Below, in pieces: positions 21,532 to 24,593 of a stretch of DNA of 24,593 nucleotides. This stretch comes from Candidatus Latescibacterota bacterium. GTDB lineage: Bacteria > Latescibacterota > UBA2968. The translations under genes and the position numbers were made by a program. The stretch's first letter is position 1; the number at the start of each line of letters is the position of its first letter. Below the pieces are notes generated by a model that searched no databases, was not told the DNA's origin, and was given only the letters and a program-made list of their open reading frames with translations. The stretch covers positions 1 through 24,593 of the forward strand of contig JAYODI010000085.1 in NCBI GenBank assembly GCA_038279365.1, written 5' to 3'.

Positions 21532-22686
21532 ATGACGGCATTTGCACAAACTGAAGCGATTCCGAATCGCAAACAACTCTTGTCTACGGTGAGGCGTGTG
21601 GTGGTCAAATTGGGCACGCGTGTGGTTACAGTACAAGACAACGAACTGAACATGGATGTTATTGCGCATTTGGCGGCCGATGTGGCCCAATTGCGTGCGC
21701 GTGGTATTCAGGTGGCCGTTGTGTCATCGGGCGCTGTGGGGGCGGGGATGGGGCGGTTGGGGCTTGCAAATCGCCCTAAAAAATTGGCGGAGTTGCAGGC
21801 TACGGCGGCGGTAGGACAGGGATTGGTGATGCATGCTTATCAGCTGGCATTTGCGAAGTACAATATGTCTGTTGGACAAGTGTTGTTAACTTCTGATGAT
21901 TTGGACCATCGCCAACGGTATGTCAATGCACAAAATACCTTGGATCAATTGTTTCGTTTGGGTGTGGTGCCTATTGTGAACGAAAATGACAGTGTGGCAG
22001 TGGAAGAGTTGCAGTTGTCGGTTGGGGAAAACGATCGTTTGGCCGCATTGGTTTCTTATTTGGTGGATGCACAGTTATTGGCTATTTTGACGGATGTGGA
22101 CGGTGTTTTCTCCGATGACCCAAGCCATAATCCCGATGCACAGTTAATTCCTTATATTAAAGGTATTTCTAAAGACCTTTATGCACTGGTGGGTTCCCGA
22201 GGCAGTTCTGTTAGCAGAGGGGGCATGCGTACCAAAATACGCGCTGCCGAAATAGCTGCGCAAGGTGGGCGTATGACATTAATTGCCAATGGACGAAAGA
22301 ATCGTTTGGCCGACATTTTGGCTGGTAACGATGTGGGAACTCTGGTTGTTCCTGATGATAAAAGTCTCAGTGGCAAAGAAGTGTGGTTGGCGCAATCTCG
22401 CCGTCGGGGTGTGGTGGTAGTCGACGATGGGGCAGCAAAAGCTTTGTTAGAAGGTGGAAAGAGCCTCTTGCCTTCTGGAATTGTTGGTGTCGTGGGTGAT
22501 TTCGATGCTGGGGATTTGATCGGGGTAGAAAACCTGCAACACGTAGAGATTGCGCGTGGCTTGGTTCGTTTTGGATCATTTGAAGTAGACAAAATTCGCG
22601 GCAAACAAACTGGTGAAATTGGGCATCTTTTGAAAGATGCCCAAAGTATTGAAGTTATTCACAGAGATCATATGGTGGTTTTTTAA
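21532..22686 (+). CDS. proB: Glutamate 5-kinase with PUA domain
   Basis: VVKLGT, VSSGAV, AAVGQ, PIVNENDSV, NDRLAA, LTDVDG, GGMRTK. PUA domain with VDDGA and SLLPSG. Confidence 0.97.
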   Translation: MTAFAQTEAIPNRKQLLSTVRRVVVKLGTRVVTVQDNELNMDVIAHLAADVAQLRARGIQVAVVSSGAVGAGMGRLGLANRPKKLAELQATAAVGQGLVMHAYQLAFAKYNMSVGQVLLTSDDLDHRQRYVNAQNTLDQLFRLGVVPIVNENDSVAVEELQLSVGENDRLAALVSYLVDAQLLAILTDVDGVFSDDPSHNPDAQLIPYIKGISKDLYALVGSRGSSVSRGGMRTKIRAAEIAAQGGRMTLIANGRKNRLADILAGNDVGTLVVPDDKSLSGKEVWLAQSRRRGVVVVDDGAAKALLEGGKSLLPSGIVGVVGDFDAGDLIGVENLQHVEIARGLVRFGSFEVDKIRGKQTGEIGHLLKDAQSIEVIHRDHMVVF

Positions 22687-22713
22687 ACAACAGATGAGGT
22701 AAAAACATATCGT

Positions 22714-22745
22714 CATGTGCCAAGTGTCAGGTACGTGTTTTCTTT
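22714..22745 (+). terminator. Possible weak intrinsic terminator after proB
   Basis: CATGTGCC / GGTACGTG 8-bp stem with two G-U pairs, followed by TTTTCTTT. Confidence 0.4.
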
Positions 22746-22763
22746 AAATAAAAAGGGTCACTT

Positions 22764-23114
22764 GTGAAACGCAGCCTTTATCGAGGAAATCGCCCCGTAT
22801 TGCCTACGTGGGGCAACAAACGCATGAAGCAATTTTTGCTTGTTGCCCCTTTCTTTTTGTTGGTGTATTTGTTAACAACAGGTGATAGCGGTATTTATCA
22901 AATTAGGCATCAAGCACAACAAATTGTTGCATTGGAAAAAGAGATTGCCGATTTGAAGATTGAAAATGCGCGCTTGGAAGAAGATGCTGAATTGTTGACC
23001 AAAGACTTAACAGAGATTGAACGCATTGCACGAGAACGGTATGGTATGGTCAAAAAGAATGAATGGGTTTATATGGTGTATCCAAGTTCACCGGCAAAGG
23101 TAACAACACCATGA
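22764..23114 (+). CDS. Septum formation initiator (FtsB/DivIC family)
   Basis: Basic N-terminus, one TM helix, GDSG, coiled coil, then IERIARERYGMVKKNE signature. Start GTG 22764 or ATG 22824. Confidence 0.88.
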   Translation: MKRSLYRGNRPVLPTWGNKRMKQFLLVAPFFLLVYLLTTGDSGIYQIRHQAQQIVALEKEIADLKIENARLEEDAELLTKDLTEIERIARERYGMVKKNEWVYMVYPSSPAKVTTP

Positions 23115-23902
23115 TTGTCAAAACTGAGGGTTTGGTTTTGCGTAGCTTTCGCATGAGCGAAAGCAGCAAAGTGGTGGTTCTTTATACACATGACTTTGGC
23201 AAGGTGCGTGTGGTGGCCAAAGGCGCACGACGTCCAAAGAGCAAATTTGGTGCAAGCCTCGAGTCGATCACTTGGGGCCGGTATGTGTATTACCAACGCC
23301 ATAATCGGGAGCTTCAAACACTCAGTGAAGGAGATATTGTTTATCCTTTTGAGTTGGTCAAAAAACACAATGGTCGATTAGCCGCTGGCAGTGTGGTATG
23401 CGAACTGTTGGATCATATGACGGAAGATGAAGAACGAAATCCCATGTTGTTTCGGTTGGCATTGGATACTTTACAATGGATTGGTCATATTGAAACGATG
23501 GCCTTAGATATGCCCGTATGGTATTTCCAATTGAAAGCTGCAGGTGAGTTGGGATATCGCCCCCACTTGGGTGGGTGTGTGCAATGTGGCAATCTTTTAG
23601 ATGGTGTAAACTTGGGATTTAGCCCAGTCTTGGGGGGAGGGTTGTGCACGCAACATGCTGGACAGGGAATGGCTATTTCTAAAAACGTGGTTGAATTTTT
23701 GGCACAATTGCAAGTTTCTCGCCCCGATAAGATGCCGATTGAAAGTATAAATTCTGTAAACCAAGTAGAAGTGACGCGTCTTTTGAGGTCTTTTTTGGAT
23801 TATCATATGTCGTCTCAATATCGTCCTAAAGCGTTTGATTTTTTTGAGCAAGTGATGGCTGCCGAGCGTGCAACAGCTTATCAAACTGTGAGAGAAGGAT
23901 AA
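23111..23902 (+). CDS. recO: DNA repair protein RecO (Zn-finger type), 263 aa
   Basis: MIVKTEGLVLR, ESSKVV..T...GK, AKGARRPKSKFG, GY.P.L..CVQC...LC..H. ATGA overlap with the upstream gene stop. Confidence 0.94.
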   Translation: MIVKTEGLVLRSFRMSESSKVVVLYTHDFGKVRVVAKGARRPKSKFGASLESITWGRYVYYQRHNRELQTLSEGDIVYPFELVKKHNGRLAAGSVVCELLDHMTEDEERNPMLFRLALDTLQWIGHIETMALDMPVWYFQLKAAGELGYRPHLGGCVQCGNLLDGVNLGFSPVLGGGLCTQHAGQGMAISKNVVEFLAQLQVSRPDKMPIESINSVNQVEVTRLLRSFLDYHMSSQYRPKAFDFFEQVMAAERATAYQTVREG

Positions 23903-23905
23903 TCC

Positions 23906-24439
23906 ATGTTAAAAAAATTACTTCAGCGTGGGTTGATGCGAGATACGCCAATGATGAATGTGTTGCGCGAAATACCATTGTTTCGGGAATTGAGTCGTCG
24001 AGAATTGCGCGAAGTGGCACAAACGCTTGAGATTGCCGATTTTGCCATTGGCGATACCGTTTTTAAGCAAGGAGATGCTGGGCGAGGTATGTATATTGTG
24101 TTATCGGGGGGGGTAGATATCGTTCAGGTTGATGAAGCTGATGGGGCACGGTTGCATTTGTCGCGATCGGAGACAGGGTCTTTTTTTGGGGAGACGGCTC
24201 TTTTGGATGACTCCCCACGTACTGCGTCTGCCATTGCATTTGATGAAGCGGAGTTGGCTTTGTTTTCGCGTTATTCCTTGTTAAATTTGGCTGAGCAAAA
24301 GCCGCATTTGGGGGTGAAAATTGCGATGCAACTGTCTCAGATTATTGCTGAGCGTTTAAGGCGCACCAACAGAGGACTGCGTGAGGCACGTGATGAAGTA
24401 GAATCCGCACAAAAGGTCAAAGAGGAGGGCGCAGCATGA
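23906..24439 (+). CDS. Stand-alone cyclic nucleotide-binding domain protein, 177 aa
   Basis: IPLFRELS, VFKQGD.G..MYIVLSG.V, phosphate-binding cassette FFGETALLDDSPRTASA, C-helix ERLR. No HTH after it. Confidence 0.9.
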   Translation: MLKKLLQRGLMRDTPMMNVLREIPLFRELSRRELREVAQTLEIADFAIGDTVFKQGDAGRGMYIVLSGGVDIVQVDEADGARLHLSRSETGSFFGETALLDDSPRTASAIAFDEAELALFSRYSLLNLAEQKPHLGVKIAMQLSQIIAERLRRTNRGLREARDEVESAQKVKEEGAA

Positions 24440-24593
24440 ATGAATCTCGATCGGGTGGTATGACGGTTGCCCAAATTGTGCGCTTGGTCTTATTTGTATC
24501 TGCTATTTGTGTGGTGGCTTGGTTGGTTTATACCATTCGAGGTACATTGCTTCCATTTGTGATTGCATTTGTTTTGTCTTATTTGCTCATGCC
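24436..24593 (+). CDS. AI-2E (UPF0118/PerM) family membrane transporter, N-terminal part (runs off window)
   Basis: ATGA overlap with the previous stop, SD GAGGAGG. Translation MNESRSGGMTVAQIVRLVLFVSAICVVAWLVYTIRGTLLPFVIAFVLSYLLM(P) shows the PFxxAxxLxYLLxP pattern typical of the family. Confidence 0.7.
   Translation, partial: MNESRSGGMTVAQIVRLVLFVSAICVVAWLVYTIRGTLLPFVIAFVLSYLLM

Noticed and set aside
12898-22604. Long antisense ORFs (e.g. 12898-13479, 14657-15235, 18697-19269, 19097-19642)
   Set aside because: They shadow well-supported + strand housekeeping genes and show no recognisable motifs or expression signals.

Overview
Bacterial core-genome window in which every supportable feature lies on the + strand. 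It opens with the 3' end of an rRNA operon (16S 3' end, tRNA-Ile, tRNA-Ala, boxB/boxA, 23S, 5S, terminator). Housekeeping genes follow: an EF-G2-type fusA paralog, an S4-less TlyA-family methyltransferase, yebC-ruvC-ruvA-ruvB-tsaB-rimI, then holB-metG-tatD-rsmA-recJ-ilvE-proC-hisH-hisF-proB, an ftsB/divIC-like gene, recO, a stand-alone cNMP-binding protein and the start of an AI-2E-family permease. I see no mobile element, CRISPR array or intron. The standout is the ~295-bp rimI-holB spacer. It holds a near-consensus sigma70 promoter, an unannotated 34-codon Met-rich ORF (MMHMMM core) with a strong SD, alternative RNA hairpins and a perfect 23-bp terminator stem. This is the layout of a ribosome-mediated, methionine-sensing attenuator upstream of the operon containing methionyl-tRNA synthetase. 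All gene calls rest on motif recognition and all RNA pairings were worked out by hand; no searches or folding programs were run.
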